From the human T2T-CHM13v2.0 reference genome, Homo sapiens: a stretch of 64,000 nucleotides of DNA. The DNA lies in the NCBI RefSeq assembly GCF_009914755.1, contig NC_060928.1; one strand, written 5' to 3'. The position numbers were made by a program, and so were the translations under genes. Within the stretch, counting starts at the first letter, position 1. Every line of letters begins with the position of its first letter. This document shows, in pieces, positions 29,130 to 41,723 of the stretch. The notes below the pieces were generated by a model. It saw only the letters and a program-made list of their open reading frames with translations, ran no database searches and was not told the origin of the DNA.

Positions 29130-29720
29130 CATTGTGTTCCAGTAGAAATAAAATGCAAGCCACATCTGTAATTTAAAATTTGCTAGTAGTCACATTTTAA
29201 AAAGTGAAAAGAAACGAATGAAACAAGTGAAAGTAATTTTAAACAATATATTTTATTTAATACAATATATCCAAAATGTTTCAACATAAAAGTAAACAAT
29301 GGGCTATTTTACATTTTTGTACTAAATATTCTAAATCCTGCGTGTATTTTACACTCACAGTACATCTCAATTCAGATGCTAAATTTTAATAATTACAGTG
29401 AAATGTAATCCTACCAAAACAGTACAGTTTTGCTTAATGGAGAAATATTTTGCACAATTTCAGTTATTAAATGTAGACTCAAACTAGTTAACATAAAATA
29501 AAAAATGCTGTTTCTCAGGTGCACTCACTAGCTGCATTTCAAGTGCTTCAAAGCCACCTGACTACCACACTGGATGGCATAAGTCTCCGGCATCAGCTGT
29601 GAGCTTGTTAGAAATGCAGTATCTCAGGCCTCACCCCAGACTTCAGATGCAGACAATCAGATTGTGCATTTTAATAAGATTCCCAGTTGACTACTATGCA
29701 CATTAAAATTTGAGAAGGGC
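29130..29720. mobile_element. hAT-Charlie MITEs (MER33/MER3-like followed by MER5-like)
   Basis: gtaatttaaaattt...tagtagtcacattttaaaaagt and gagcttgttagaaatgcag...gcacattaaaatttgagaa motifs. Confidence 0.6.
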
Positions 29721-30401
29721 TGTGACAGACCACTTTCATGGTTTTCTCTTTATCATCATTGATACTACCATAGCTCAAGCTTTATTGCCTTTAGCTGCAC
29801 TATTATAATTGCCTCTTAATTGGTCTCTCATCTCCAATCAATGATTAATCTTCTGGAAACACTGCTCAAAGATTATAAATAGTTCCCTGAGTGCTTACTT
29901 GCCCTGGTCTACCAGGTCCTATACAACATGGCCATGAACGTGACTTGACCTCACTTCATTCACTAAACACCTCCAGTAGCAAGAAGCATGCTGAGATTTC
30001 TATTCTTCCATTAAATACTTGCCATGTGCTATGTATGTGGTAGGTAAATAAACATGAATAAAATCTGGTTTCTGCTCTAAATTAAATTGATATGAATAAA
30101 ATCTGGCTCCTGACAATCAGACTGCAAGGAATGTGGGAATGGTGCATATATTTAAACTTTACTAATTATAATATATTGTTAAAATGGAATTATCCTCAAA
30201 GTGCCACAGGCACAGGAAGGCAGGAATGATTAATTCTTAAGGAGAACTGAGGAGTAGGAGAGGTGGAGAAGGTTTCAGAGAAGAAGGAAGACTTGTGAAC
30301 TTGTATGTACAGAAGCTTGCCTACAGCAGAAAGAAGGGAAGGGCATTCCAGCCTCAGAAAACAACACCATAAGTGCATAGAGTGTGAAATGGTATGGTAT
30401 G

Positions 30402-30786
30402 TGATATAGTTTGAATATCTATCCCCACCAAATCTCATGTTGAATTGTAATCCCCAATGTGGGAGGCATTTGAGTCATGGGGGAAGATGATCCCTCATGG
30501 CTTGGTGCTATCCTCATGATAGTGAGTTCTCTTGGGATCTGGTTAAGTGTGTGGCACCTCCCTGCCACTCTCTCTCACTCCTGCTTTTTCCATGTGACAT
30601 GCCTGCCTGCTCTGGCCTAGCCTTCTGTTATGAGTAAAAGCTCCCTGAGACCTTCCTAGAAGCCAAGCATATGTCAGCACCATGTTTGTAGGGCCTGCAG
30701 AACTGGGAGCCAATTAAACCTCTTTTCTTTATACATTACCCAGTCTCAGATATTTCTTTATAGCAATGCAAGAATGGCCTACTACA
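30402..30786 (+). mobile_element. MST-family MaLR solo LTR
   Basis: tgatatagtttg...ccaaatctcatgttgaattgtaatcccc...caattaaacctcttttc...actaca. Confidence 0.85.
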
Positions 30787-31929
30787 GTTTATCATGGGGA
30801 ACGTACGTAAGTCACTCAGGGGGTAAATAGAAGGGCAAAAGGTATAATGATAAAGCATTGGCAGGTCACTTTAAATTTATTATTAGTATACTTGTACCCA
30901 ATGTGGTTCCAAATAAAGAATATCTAAGGTAATTACTAGAAGATGAAACTAAAAACATAAAGTACATTTCAGATTACTCCCCCCATGTATGCTTTGCAAT
31001 AATCAAATCAAACTATGTACTAAGCCCTTTAAATTCCCTGTGAGTGGCCCCTCTGTGCATTAGGTTTTATTGCAGAATATATTAGACATTACAAAGCGTA
31101 TATAAGACAGTTTAAAGGATAATAATAAAAATGAACATCCATGAACCCATCACAAACTACCTTAGCCTTAGATATTCTACTTGTTTCCTTCCCAGATCCA
31201 ATTCCCCTTCCTCCCTACCCCCAGATAAGCAGAATCCTGAATTTTGTATTAATCATTTATTGCTTTCCTTTACAGTTTTACTATTTTTGCAAGCTGACTT
31301 ACACTTGGTTTTATACCTTAATAAATAAAACTCTGTACTTGCTTCTTTAGCTCAATTTATGCTTTTGAGATTTATTTATATTGACGAATCAAGCTGTAGT
31401 TTATTCATTTTTACTGATGTAAAATGTTCCAATGTACTGAATATACCACAACATGTTTGTCTCTTCTATTGTTGGTAACAATTATAAGAAATGCTACCAA
31501 GAATATTCTGGTACATGTCTCCTAGTAAACATGTTCAAGAGCTTCCCTAGGATATATCTGGTGGTAGAGATGTTATTTAAAATATTTAACAACATATATG
31601 GTATAGGTACTGATCAGTGAGAACATATGTTGGCCATAAACCATTGATAAGGCTGTACACTCATTTCAACCCTACTAGTAGTGGAATTCCTAAGACATAG
31701 GAAAGGCATATGTTTCATAACGGAAGAGACTGAATGTGTACTCCTCCAAGGGAAGTTTGAATTCCCAAAGCTCCACATTCTCACTAAATGTCCAATTTCC
31801 TGATTTAAGGAACAGAATAGCATGAACTGGTAACTCATGTTTTAAACTTGCATTTTCTTGATTGCTAGTGGTTTTTCTATGTTTATTCAACATTTATGTT
31901 GCACTTTGTTTTAGAGTCTTCTTTGCTGA

Positions 31930-32451
31930 TATTGATAAACCACAAGACCAGCCCAAACCAGACCTACTTTGTTGAAAGGTGTCCAGTTACCTTGTAGGTG
32001 TAGCAGAGCCCAAAATTGCAATTCATATAGCCTGGGCAAGTGCAATAGCAAAATCTTTGACCTCTAACCACACCCAGAACCAAAGAATCCTCCCTCTGAA
32101 TCAAGAAGCCTGGGACGTGACCAGAACCTGAACGCTGGAACTCTTTCATATGCGATGGGTCTGTTGGCCCAGAAGATCTGGAGCTAAAATTTGCCTCAAC
32201 ATACCTTACCATCAATGGCCAGACTGGAAGCCCTCCAATTAGACCCTGCCAAGCCAAAGTTCCTAAATCTTTTCCCTTGTCCTATGATTCCTTAAAACTT
32301 GGCCCAGACCCAATAAGAGACAAACATTTGAGCCTGAGTCTGATCTCCTTGCTGGCTGGTTTTGCAAAAAAAAATTTCTTTTCTCAAAAGCCAGTGTTAA
32401 AGTTATTGGCTTCTGTATACATTGGGCCATGAGCCCATTTGCTTGATAACA
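31930..32451 (+). mobile_element. Probable ERV1-class solo LTR (family not assigned)
   Basis: About 520 bp ending ...gagcccatttgcttgataaca, embedded in L1M-like sequence. Confidence 0.45.
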
Positions 32452-33629
32452 TAATGCAGCTACATCAACTTTATTTTGGTTTGGGTTTGTGGGTATTTTT
32501 CCATCCCTTTTCTTCCAAAATTTCTGTCTTTAAAATTCAAATATGTCTCTTTTAGTAACCATCAAGTTGAATTTTGTCATATATCCAATCAGGAAATATT
32601 TTAATTTCTTTTTTGGGACACTTAATGCAATTAGTGATATAGTTATGCTATTGTACTATTATTTTAGTGGTTCAACTAGATATTCCAACATGAATCCTCG
32701 ACTTAATAGTCAAATACCAATTCTTACATTCTCACTTCTCAATAGTTCTACAAGTCTAGTACAATTTAACTCCATTTCCCTCTCTTACCTTTTCTTGTAA
32801 TTGCTGGCATACACTGTTATTGTACATGTATTTTAAATTCCACAGGACATTTCAATTATTCTCTTGAATAACCCACATTTGGACCTTGGATTCTGCTTAC
32901 TTACAGCTGCGTCTGAGAACTCCTCTTCTGCCCCATGGACAGTAATAACAATCTATTTTGTCGGCATATTCCCACAAGGTCATACACATTGGTGAAACAC
33001 TCCCCCAACTGGATGGAGATGAGGGTGTTTCCCTTCCATCAAGGGAAGAGAGATCCCCAAGAAATAAAGTTGGGTGCTCTAGAATGAGCCCTCTCCTCAC
33101 CAATTCAGGGGCTGAGGAACATTTTTACCCTGAAAATTGTGGAACTGCTAGACCTACCAAAATTCTCATGCTGCCAGATGAAAAGGGGCAGGAGAAAGGG
33201 AGAGATCCTACTAAGCCAAGAGGGGGAACATATGAAGTAGCCTGCAGGCATGCAGCTTGAAGCACCAAAGACATAGGAGTCGGCTGTGGCTCAAGTGAAT
33301 ATTGCAGGTCATCTACAAGAAGGTCATCTGCCAGGCAGAAGATTCCCAGCAACAAGGGGCTCTGGCAAAGGCAGAGGTAGGGAGGAAGAATTCAAGCAGG
33401 AGATGGATATCCCTTAAGGGAACAGAGAGCAGAGACACCACAGCAGGCCCTCAGAAGCAGCCACAAACTACCCCTACAAGAGCATCAGATATCTGCCACA
33501 TCCAAGTGTCTTTCAGAGAAATTGAAACCACCAGGCTCCTGTCATGGAAGAAAACCTCTGTCCCCCCAGCTCTTTCCCACCCTAGTACCACAAGGGAAGC
33601 ACAAGAAAGGAGGAGGGGGGTGCAGCAGA

Positions 33630-34385
33630 CTGTTTCTCCAAAGATAGCCTCCAGGTCAAATGGTGTTGTGCACTTTGACCTTCCCAGTCAGTCATCAAGA
33701 AGTCAATTTCTCTACCTCCTTGAATCTGAGTTCACCCTATGACTGCTTTCACTATAGTAATATATAGCAAAAGTAATGCAGTACTAGCTTGGGGTACAGC
33801 CTTTAACTGGCTTGGCAGTTTCCACTTCCTGCCTTTTAAAAGGTAGTTGCCTTGTGGGGGGGAAAATGTATAATATTGCTAAGACCACAATGTTGTGAGA
33901 AACAAACACAAGCCACGAGGAGAGGCTTTGGAGGATGCACCACTGTGTCGGGAGAGGAGAGAGAGATGCTGGAGCTGTGAGGGAAAAAGACTTCTTAGTA
34001 GTAGAGCCTTCAGCTCCAAATGTCCCAGTTGACACCACCTCAGATTATAGATAAACTGCCCAGTGGAGCCCTTCGTGAATTTCTGATTACTAAATCAAGA
34101 GTTTAAAATAAGTGATTGTTCGAGATCAGGAGATTGAGACCAGCCTGGCCAACATGGTGAAACCTGTCTCTATGAAAAATACAAACATTAGCTGGGAGTG
34201 GTGGCACGCGCCTGTAGTCCCAGCTACTCAGGAGGCTGAGGCAGGAGAATTGCTTGGATCTGGGAGGTGGAGATTACAGTGAGCCAAGATTGCACCACCG
34301 CCCTCTAGCCTGGATGACAGAGCAAGACTCTGTCTCAAAAAAAAAAAAAAAAATTGATTGTTTAAAGCCACTAGTGTTTGTGGAA
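33630..34385 (+). mobile_element. MLT1-like LTR with a nested 5'-truncated Alu (34120-34352)
   Basis: ccttgaatctgag...tgactgcttt...; Alu flanked by tgattgtt on both sides. Confidence 0.65.
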
Positions 34386-34855
34386 GTTTTGCCATTTTCT
34401 CATTTGCCATTCCATTTTCCTTGAACCACAAGTCTTGCCTGTCCAGCAGGGAAAGGAAAAGAAAGTTTCAAGTTGACTAGGAGATTAAAGTTTTAAAAAT
34501 AATGAAACAGGCTCTTTAAAAACAGGAATGAGACTGAATAACCGAAAGTGACCAAAAAAGACACATAATAAGTCTTCATTGTCTCTCTAAACATCTAAGC
34601 AGAGAAGGGGGCTCAATAGAACACATATGAGGAGTTACTGGAAAAATAAAAAGTCATTTGTATTTATATCCCAAGTTGAACTTTTTCAAAAATACATTCT
34701 TATTGTTTTTACATCTTTAAGTGAATTGGGTACTGTATGTCTATCATTTCCATTTTCTTGCTTCCTTATTCCCACTATACAAATTCTTTTAACTGATTAA
34801 AAAGTTATATATGCAAAAGAAGACATGTAATACATAGGTAAGTTCCGCAACATAA

Positions 34856-35304
<449 letters not shown>

Positions 35305-36411
35305 TGTTCCTTTATTTTTTAAAATGTAATTTTATCATACTTATGGATGTCCCTATATAAGATGCTGTTTAGTTTTCTTTGTTCCAAGAGTTTCTAAAAA
35401 TTGTGTCTGTTGACACTCTGTCTTTATAGGCCCCTCTAAATTTCCTTTGTATGGTCAAACTGGAAACCTGTTGCTTGTCCCAGATTTCCTTGCAAGTGGT
35501 ATTCTCATTATATTTTGCCAATGGGAGGCAGTTGTGCTAAAATAGAGGGTGTATGAAAGGAGGTAGTATTTCTCCTTTTGGTGATTCTTCCACCAAACTG
35601 CCAGCCTTTGCTGGGGTGTCAGACATTGAGGCAGTGGCCAGAGGCAAGAGTAGTAGCAGGCCAGCCACAGGGCCAGGATTGTCAATGGAAGTGGCAGGCA
35701 AGTGTTGGCTTTTCCAAGGGAGGTAGCTAGCAGATGACTAGGGGCTCCTGGAGTGGTTGCATTACCCAGGAAACACTCTCAAAGAAGAAAATCTGGAATT
35801 GGTTACCTGATGTACTTGAGCTTAAATGCAATGACAACCCACCACACTGCCCATGGAAAACAGGACACTAGAATTCCATGACAGGCACTGGCAAAACAGT
35901 TACCTTAATTATCATCTCCAGGTGACCCGGATGAAGTACTACTCAAACTGAGACTCTGGCGATCAAGGGCCTGCTGCATTCACTAAGAATGTGGGAATGA
36001 TAACTTCAAAGATTGTGAGTGAGATGGCTTTTCATTACTAGAGAATGTTCTCGCAGCATTATTTGCCACTATTGCACGCTCCTCTTTGAAATATCTTCTT
36101 GGTTTAGCTCTTTCAGTTTTCTAGCTTTTCCTTTACTTTGAAATACTGAAATTCCCCAAGACTTACTCCTTTTGTTCACTCCCTAGGGGATCTCATCCCA
36201 TTTCATGGCTTTATATGCTAACAGTTCTCAACTTTATACTGCTAATCCTGATGCAGACTGATATATCCAACTGCCTATTCAACACTTTCACTGGGATCTC
36301 TAATAAGCACTTCATACATAAGAGAAATAGTGACCTTACCCCCAAACCTGCTCCTACCCCAGCCTTTGCTATTTCGGTAAATGGCAGCTCCATTTATCTA
36401 ATTATTTAAGC

Positions 36412-36625
36412 CACTCATTCTCAACCAGGGATGATTTCTCCCTCAGGAGACATTTGCCAATGCCTGGAGACACTGTCACAACGGGAGAGGGGGTGTTGCT
36501 CCTGGCATATCCTGGATAGAACCCATGGATGCTGCTAAACATTCTACAATATATAGGACTGCCCTCTCCCCGCAAAGAATTACCCAACCCAAAATGTCAA
36601 CAGCGCTAAGGTTGAGAAACCCTAG
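36412..36625. mobile_element. MER20 hAT MITE inside an L2 remnant
   Basis: ttctcaaccaggg...gatgctgctaaacattctacaat...aaggttgagaaaccct. Confidence 0.85.
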
Positions 36626-37430
36626 TTTAAATTAAAAATTCTTGGAGCATCCCGCAATTCTCTTCTTTCTTTCATAGCACACATCCAATAATATTTAAAT
36701 GTATGTGTGAGATCATGTTACTCTTCTGCACAAAACTCTGATGGCTTCCGATCTTACTCACAATAAAATGCAGAGTCCTTACTATGGTCCCCATGATATA
36801 ATACTTCTAACACTCTCCCCCCTGTTCACATTGGCCTCCTGGCTGTTTCTCGAACAAATCAAGGAGATTCCACCGCAGGGCCTTTGTACTTGCTTTTCCC
36901 TTTGTCTGAAATACTCTTCCCCCAGATATCCACACATGATGCTTCCTCGTTTCATTTGAGAATCTATTCAAATATAACTTGCTCAGGTAATCCTTCTCTG
37001 ACAGCCCTTTCCTTTAAAACAGCACTTTCCTTTCCCTAACCCTGCCAACACCTGATATCATATAGTAATTATATCATTTGTTTGTTGTTTACTTCCCGTA
37101 AGCAGAATGTAAGCTTCATGAAAGGGAGGGGGTGTCCTTTGATGCCGTTCACTTGGTGCCTACAACATGAATAGGTAGTTATTAAACTCATTGAGTCTTT
37201 CATTATTTCAACCATTCATTTATTCATCCAATATTTAGCATGCTCATTACATGCCATGTAGTTTTCCACATGCTGGGACACAGTAGTGAACACAACAGAA
37301 CAGGTAAAAACAGGAAGTATGTTCTGTCCTCACAGAGCTTGCATATTTGTTCATCAAATTATGAACTGTTAATACTATGAGCTCATAAAAATGAACAAAA
37401 AGGTTATCTATCCATAAAATTTTGTTAATT

Positions 37431-37746
37431 TAATTTAATTTATTTTTTAGTTTTTATTTTTTCCAAGATGGAGTCTTGCTCTGTCACCCAGGCTGAAGGG
37501 CAGTGGCGTGATCTCGGCTCACTGCAACCTCTGTCTCCTGGGTTCAAGCAATCCTCCTGCCTCAGCCTCCTGAGTAGCTGGGATTACAGGCACACCACCA
37601 TGCCCAGCTAATTTTTGTATTTTTAGTAGAGACTAGGTTTCACCATGTTGGCCTGGCTGGTCTCAAACTCCTGACCTTGTGATCCACCTGCCTCAGTCTC
37701 CCAAAGTGTTGGGATTACAGGTGTGAGCCACCCCACTGCGCCTGGC
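37431..37746 (-). mobile_element. Alu (S-like)
   Basis: Full dimer; TSD aaaattt(t/a)gttaattt. Confidence 0.9.
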
Positions 37747-38270
37747 AAAATTTAGTTAATTTTAAAGAGGGAGAAAAAATAAAGCACTAGGTGGTGGCCA
37801 TCTTTCTAATAAACGTTCCCAAATTTTCACTGATAGGAATGACAACTATAGATTAAATTTTTAAGACATTGGGACTATCTCTGGTGCTTTATAAAAATCA
37901 TTACTTCAGAAACTAAGTGAAGTATGTGTTTTCTTTTGTTGATGTGAGAACAGCTCATTATAGGATTGATATCCTAATTATTTTAGAGCTAAGTTCCACA
38001 GAAAGGCATACCTAAAAAATGAAAAAATCTGATTTGTCTGTTATTTTAAGAGTGTTTCATTCTCAAGAACAGTATCTTGCTTCTGAACTTGAACATATGA
38101 ATGATGATGACATAAATGCTTTGAGGAATCGAACTTCTTTTTCCCTGTCATAACCAGAAAACACACCAAAATGATTGTAAGGATCTCAAAGTCTACAGTT
38201 TCATTATAAAATCATTAATGGTATTAAAACTTCTGAGGTTAACATTCTAAATTACCTTCCAAAATTACTA

Positions 38271-38557
38271 GGCTGGGTGTGGTGGCTCATGCCTGTAATC
38301 CCAGCACTTTGGGAGGCCTAGGTGGGTGGATCACCTGAGGGCAGGAGTTTGTGACCAGCCTGCCCAACATGGTGAAACCCTATCTCTACTAAAAATACAA
38401 AAATTATCCGGGCATGGTGGCACATGCCTGTAATCCCAGCTACTCAGGAGACTGAGGCATGAGAATTGCTTGAACCTGGGAGGCACAGGTTGCAGTGCAG
38501 TGGCCACTACACTCCAGCCTGGGCAACAAGAGTGAAAACTCTGTCTTAAAAAAAAAA
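38271..38557 (+). mobile_element. Alu (S-like)
   Basis: Full dimer; TSD aaaattacta; inverted relative to the Alu at 37431-37746. Confidence 0.92.
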
Positions 38558-39041
38558 TTACTATAAAACTTTACATTTTGCTTTCTAATTAAAAGAAATC
38601 ATTTATTTTTTGTTATAAGTGTGCTTATTGTTCATTGTGCTAAAATAGACATTTGGATGATGTTCTTTATAGAAAATGAAGAGGAGGGAAACTATGTCAA
38701 ATGACTATAAAGATTAGTAGAAATATTATAATGCAGATAAATTAATATGCATTCCTAATCTTTGAAACAAGCAGGATATAGAATATTTTGTGTATATGAT
38801 GATAAAATCTAGTATTAACTGGAGGGCTAAAACATGAAGCCACTCCCAAACTTCAACCTCAGCACTCCTACCAAGATTACCTTGTGTGCACTTAAGTCAT
38901 ACATGTGTAAATAAACGAAAATTTAACTGAAAACAACGTAAGAGCAATCGTGGAAGGCTGGGTTCATAATTTACAGGGTTCCTAAGTCTTAAACTGAAAA
39001 ATTTAACTACTTGAATGCTAAAATTTTACACCGCGGACAAC

Positions 39042-39195
39042 TAGGGTTAAAAGATCAAATATAGGATACCTGGTTAAATTTGAAATTAAAATAAAAAAGA
39101 CGTAAATATTTTAGAATAATTATGTCCCATGCAATTTTTTATACTAATATATAATTGTTTATCTGAAATTGAAATTAAACTGGGCAACCTGTACC
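39042..39195. mobile_element. MER53-like palindromic MITE
   Basis: tagggtt...cctggttaaatttgaa...tttatctgaaatt...aactgggcaacctgt. Confidence 0.55.
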
Positions 39196-39559
39196 TTTGT
39201 TTCCTAAATTGGCACTTCTATGGGCCAGGAGAAATTGCATCTTGAGTGTGTGTGGGAGCGGAACACAGGCCTGCGGTCCATCGGAGAAGTCCAGGCGCTG
39301 GGCCGGCGCTGTAGGTGGTCAGGGACGTCCCTCTCCTTTCTACCACCTCTTTTCAGGTACGCAAAAAACACTCCAGGGAGGAGGGAGGCATGAAGCGGGG
39401 CCTGGTGATGTAACCCAGACCACGAAGGAGGAAAGATGCGGACAGATGCTGGCTGTGTAAGAGCAGTTCTTGGGGTCAGACAGCCATAGTTTCGAGAAGG
39501 AAGAACAGGAGAGGGGAAAAGCAGTGCACAGACGGGGTCCTTGAACCTTTGAGGAAAAG

Positions 39560-40210
39560 GGAGCGGCGGGTACCCTGGGCCAGATGCGTTAGCGCGCGTG
39601 CAGGCCGGACGCGGCCCTGGAGGAGGAGGTCGGGGCGCGGGTTACAGCCCAGCCGCCGCTGACCGGGGTAGGCGCGGCCTCGGGAAGGCACCGACGCGGG
39701 CCTCCCAGTGCCAGCGCGGGCGGCCGCCGCCAGCTTCCCGCATCGCCTCCGCACCCGCCGACCCTGCCCCGCCTGCATTCCTGCAGCCCCGAAGCCCCCG
39801 CGGCGGGAAAGGAGGCGGGAGGAGGGCCCGCCGCTTACTGGTTTGAGTTATCCTGTAGATGGAGAAGCAAGAGAAGCTGAACAACGCGACGGCGACCAGG
39901 GTGATCAGCAAGTTCACCTGCTTGGTCCTCATGGCCCTGGCCAGGCTGCGGGAGGCCGGCGGGTGGAGGCGGCGGATAATGCCAGGGACGGGGTTGAGCG
40001 CGCAGAGCCCCCTCCCCGCGGTGCCGCGTGGGTCCCCAGCACACCCGCCCTGGGAAGCCGCCTTGCCACAGAACTTCTGCACCTTTTGCTTCCTGCTCTA
40101 GGGTTCAGCGCGTGCTATAAACCGCTGGCCAGGGCTACTGGTCGTTAAAAACGATAAACTAGGGAAAGCGCCCCATTGCCTGGCACGTGGTGGGTGCGCA
40201 ATAACTGTTA
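39560..40210. promoter_or_regulatory. CpG island / promoter region of MGAT4D
   Basis: Dense CpG and very high GC around exon 1 in an otherwise AT-rich window; GC box (GGGCGG on minus strand, 40045-40050) and CACGTG at 40184-40189. Confidence 0.85.
39839..39932 (-). CDS. MGAT4D: MGAT4D coding exon 1 (start codon, type II signal-anchor): [31 protein letters not shown]
   Basis: gccATG at 39932 in a CpG island; hydrophobic N-terminal segment; ends at A|GTAAGC donor (phase 1); 94 nt; peptide recognised as the MGAT4D N-terminus. Confidence 0.95.
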
Positions 40211-41488
40211 GGTGACTTTCCTCGAGTGGCTTATCAAAGCTTTACCCAAGCTGAGAAACACTAGAGCATCAGTAGGATGAGACTCTCTATGGACTCCTTG
40301 ATCTCTCCCCTCTAAGCTCTCCTCTCATTGAGGACTCACTGGCAGTCTGTTATAATATCTGAACATTCTACTTCAAATCAGCCCTGCACGTTGGAAGGGC
40401 TGGCTTCTGTCCCCTTGAAGGGGAAGAAAGATTTGAACATACCCCAGCCTGAGGATGCCACTATAGCCTGCGTGTTCTCATGTGCTAATGGCTAGGAGCT
40501 GTGACTTTCCATTGAGCCGGGACCCAGCCAGATCTCAAAACAAGGAGCCAGGAGAGACACCTCAACTATGTTCTCCTTCACCCCTTCAGTCTGTTGCCGG
40601 TGCTTGCCTTTGGCTGAGCTCTACTGAAAACCAGAAGACAAGAAAGTTCAGCTTGATGTACTGGATGGTCCAAACCTGGCTTCTAGGCTGTGGAGCAGGT
40701 TGGAGAAAACGTAGGGAAGATTAGGGTGGGAGAAGGAAGCTATTCAGCATAAAGAGAGATCTCCATACTCAGCATTTCACTGCCTTCTTACTTGAGGTCC
40801 AGTTTTTGCATTTTCAGTTGCCTACCCAGCCCTTCAGCTTGAATGTCCCACATCAGATTCAAGATGTCCAAACTTCCTCACCAAGCTATTAATAGCTGTT
40901 TTCCCAGAGTCCCTTGATTTTATCAGTGGCATCATAGTTCTTCTTACAATCATTTGGACTCTGGTTCATTATATCTCATTATTTATAAAATCTTTAGTTA
41001 CCTAAAGGATTGTGTTTCTGTTGCTAGCTACTATCCCCAATACTCAGATGATCACAGTGACATTCAAACTGGTCTCACTGTCTGCAGGATCTACCCTCTG
41101 CAATCCACACTTCAATACCAGATACTCTTCCTAGTTCACCACAGTCAGCTGTCACTGTTGTTTACGTAGCTCCACTCCTGAATGAAAATGGACCCACTCA
41201 ATCGAAGGCCACTCACTGCTTTCTCATCTCCCAGGGCGCCCTTACATGCCTCTGGCACCTGCCAGACTCTTTTTTCAATCCTACTCTGAACATGTCATGT
41301 TCACTTCTCTCCTTCTGTGCCTTTTCTCTTTATGTCTGCCCCCTGCCCACAATGTCCAGTGTCCTCTCTGACCATTGAAATTTTTTCCACATCGTCAGGT
41401 CTCATGTTTCATCTGTTTCATGAATCAAAACCTGGCTACAGCAGACCACTCTGATTTCCCCTTCTCTGAATTTATTTAGTATGTAGGG

Positions 41489-41723
41489 CAGGGATGTCCA
41501 ATCTTTTGGCTTCCCTGGGCCACATTGGAAGGAAAATTGTCTTGGGCCACAAATAAAATACACTAACACTAATGATAGCTGATGAGCTAAAACACACACA
41601 CACATACACAGACACACACACACATTTCATAATGTTTTGAGAAAGTTTACGAATTTGGTTTGGGCCGCATTCGAAGCTGTCTTGAGCTACATGCTGCCCA
41701 CCAGCCATGGGTTGGACAAGGTG
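41489..41723. mobile_element. MER30 hAT MITE
   Basis: cagggatgtccaatcttttggcttccctgggccac...gggttggacaag; imperfect 8-bp TSD atgtaggg/atgtaaag. Confidence 0.85.

Noticed and set aside
32958-33742. 100-aa and 146-aa + strand ORFs in intron 1
   Set aside because: Non-ATG starts, no recognisable domain or splice support; the second runs into an LTR.
39476-40148. Several overlapping 70-146 aa ORFs on both strands
   Set aside because: Stop-poor CpG island sequence with low-complexity Arg/Gly/Pro/Ala translations; only the MGAT4D exon 1 portion is supported.
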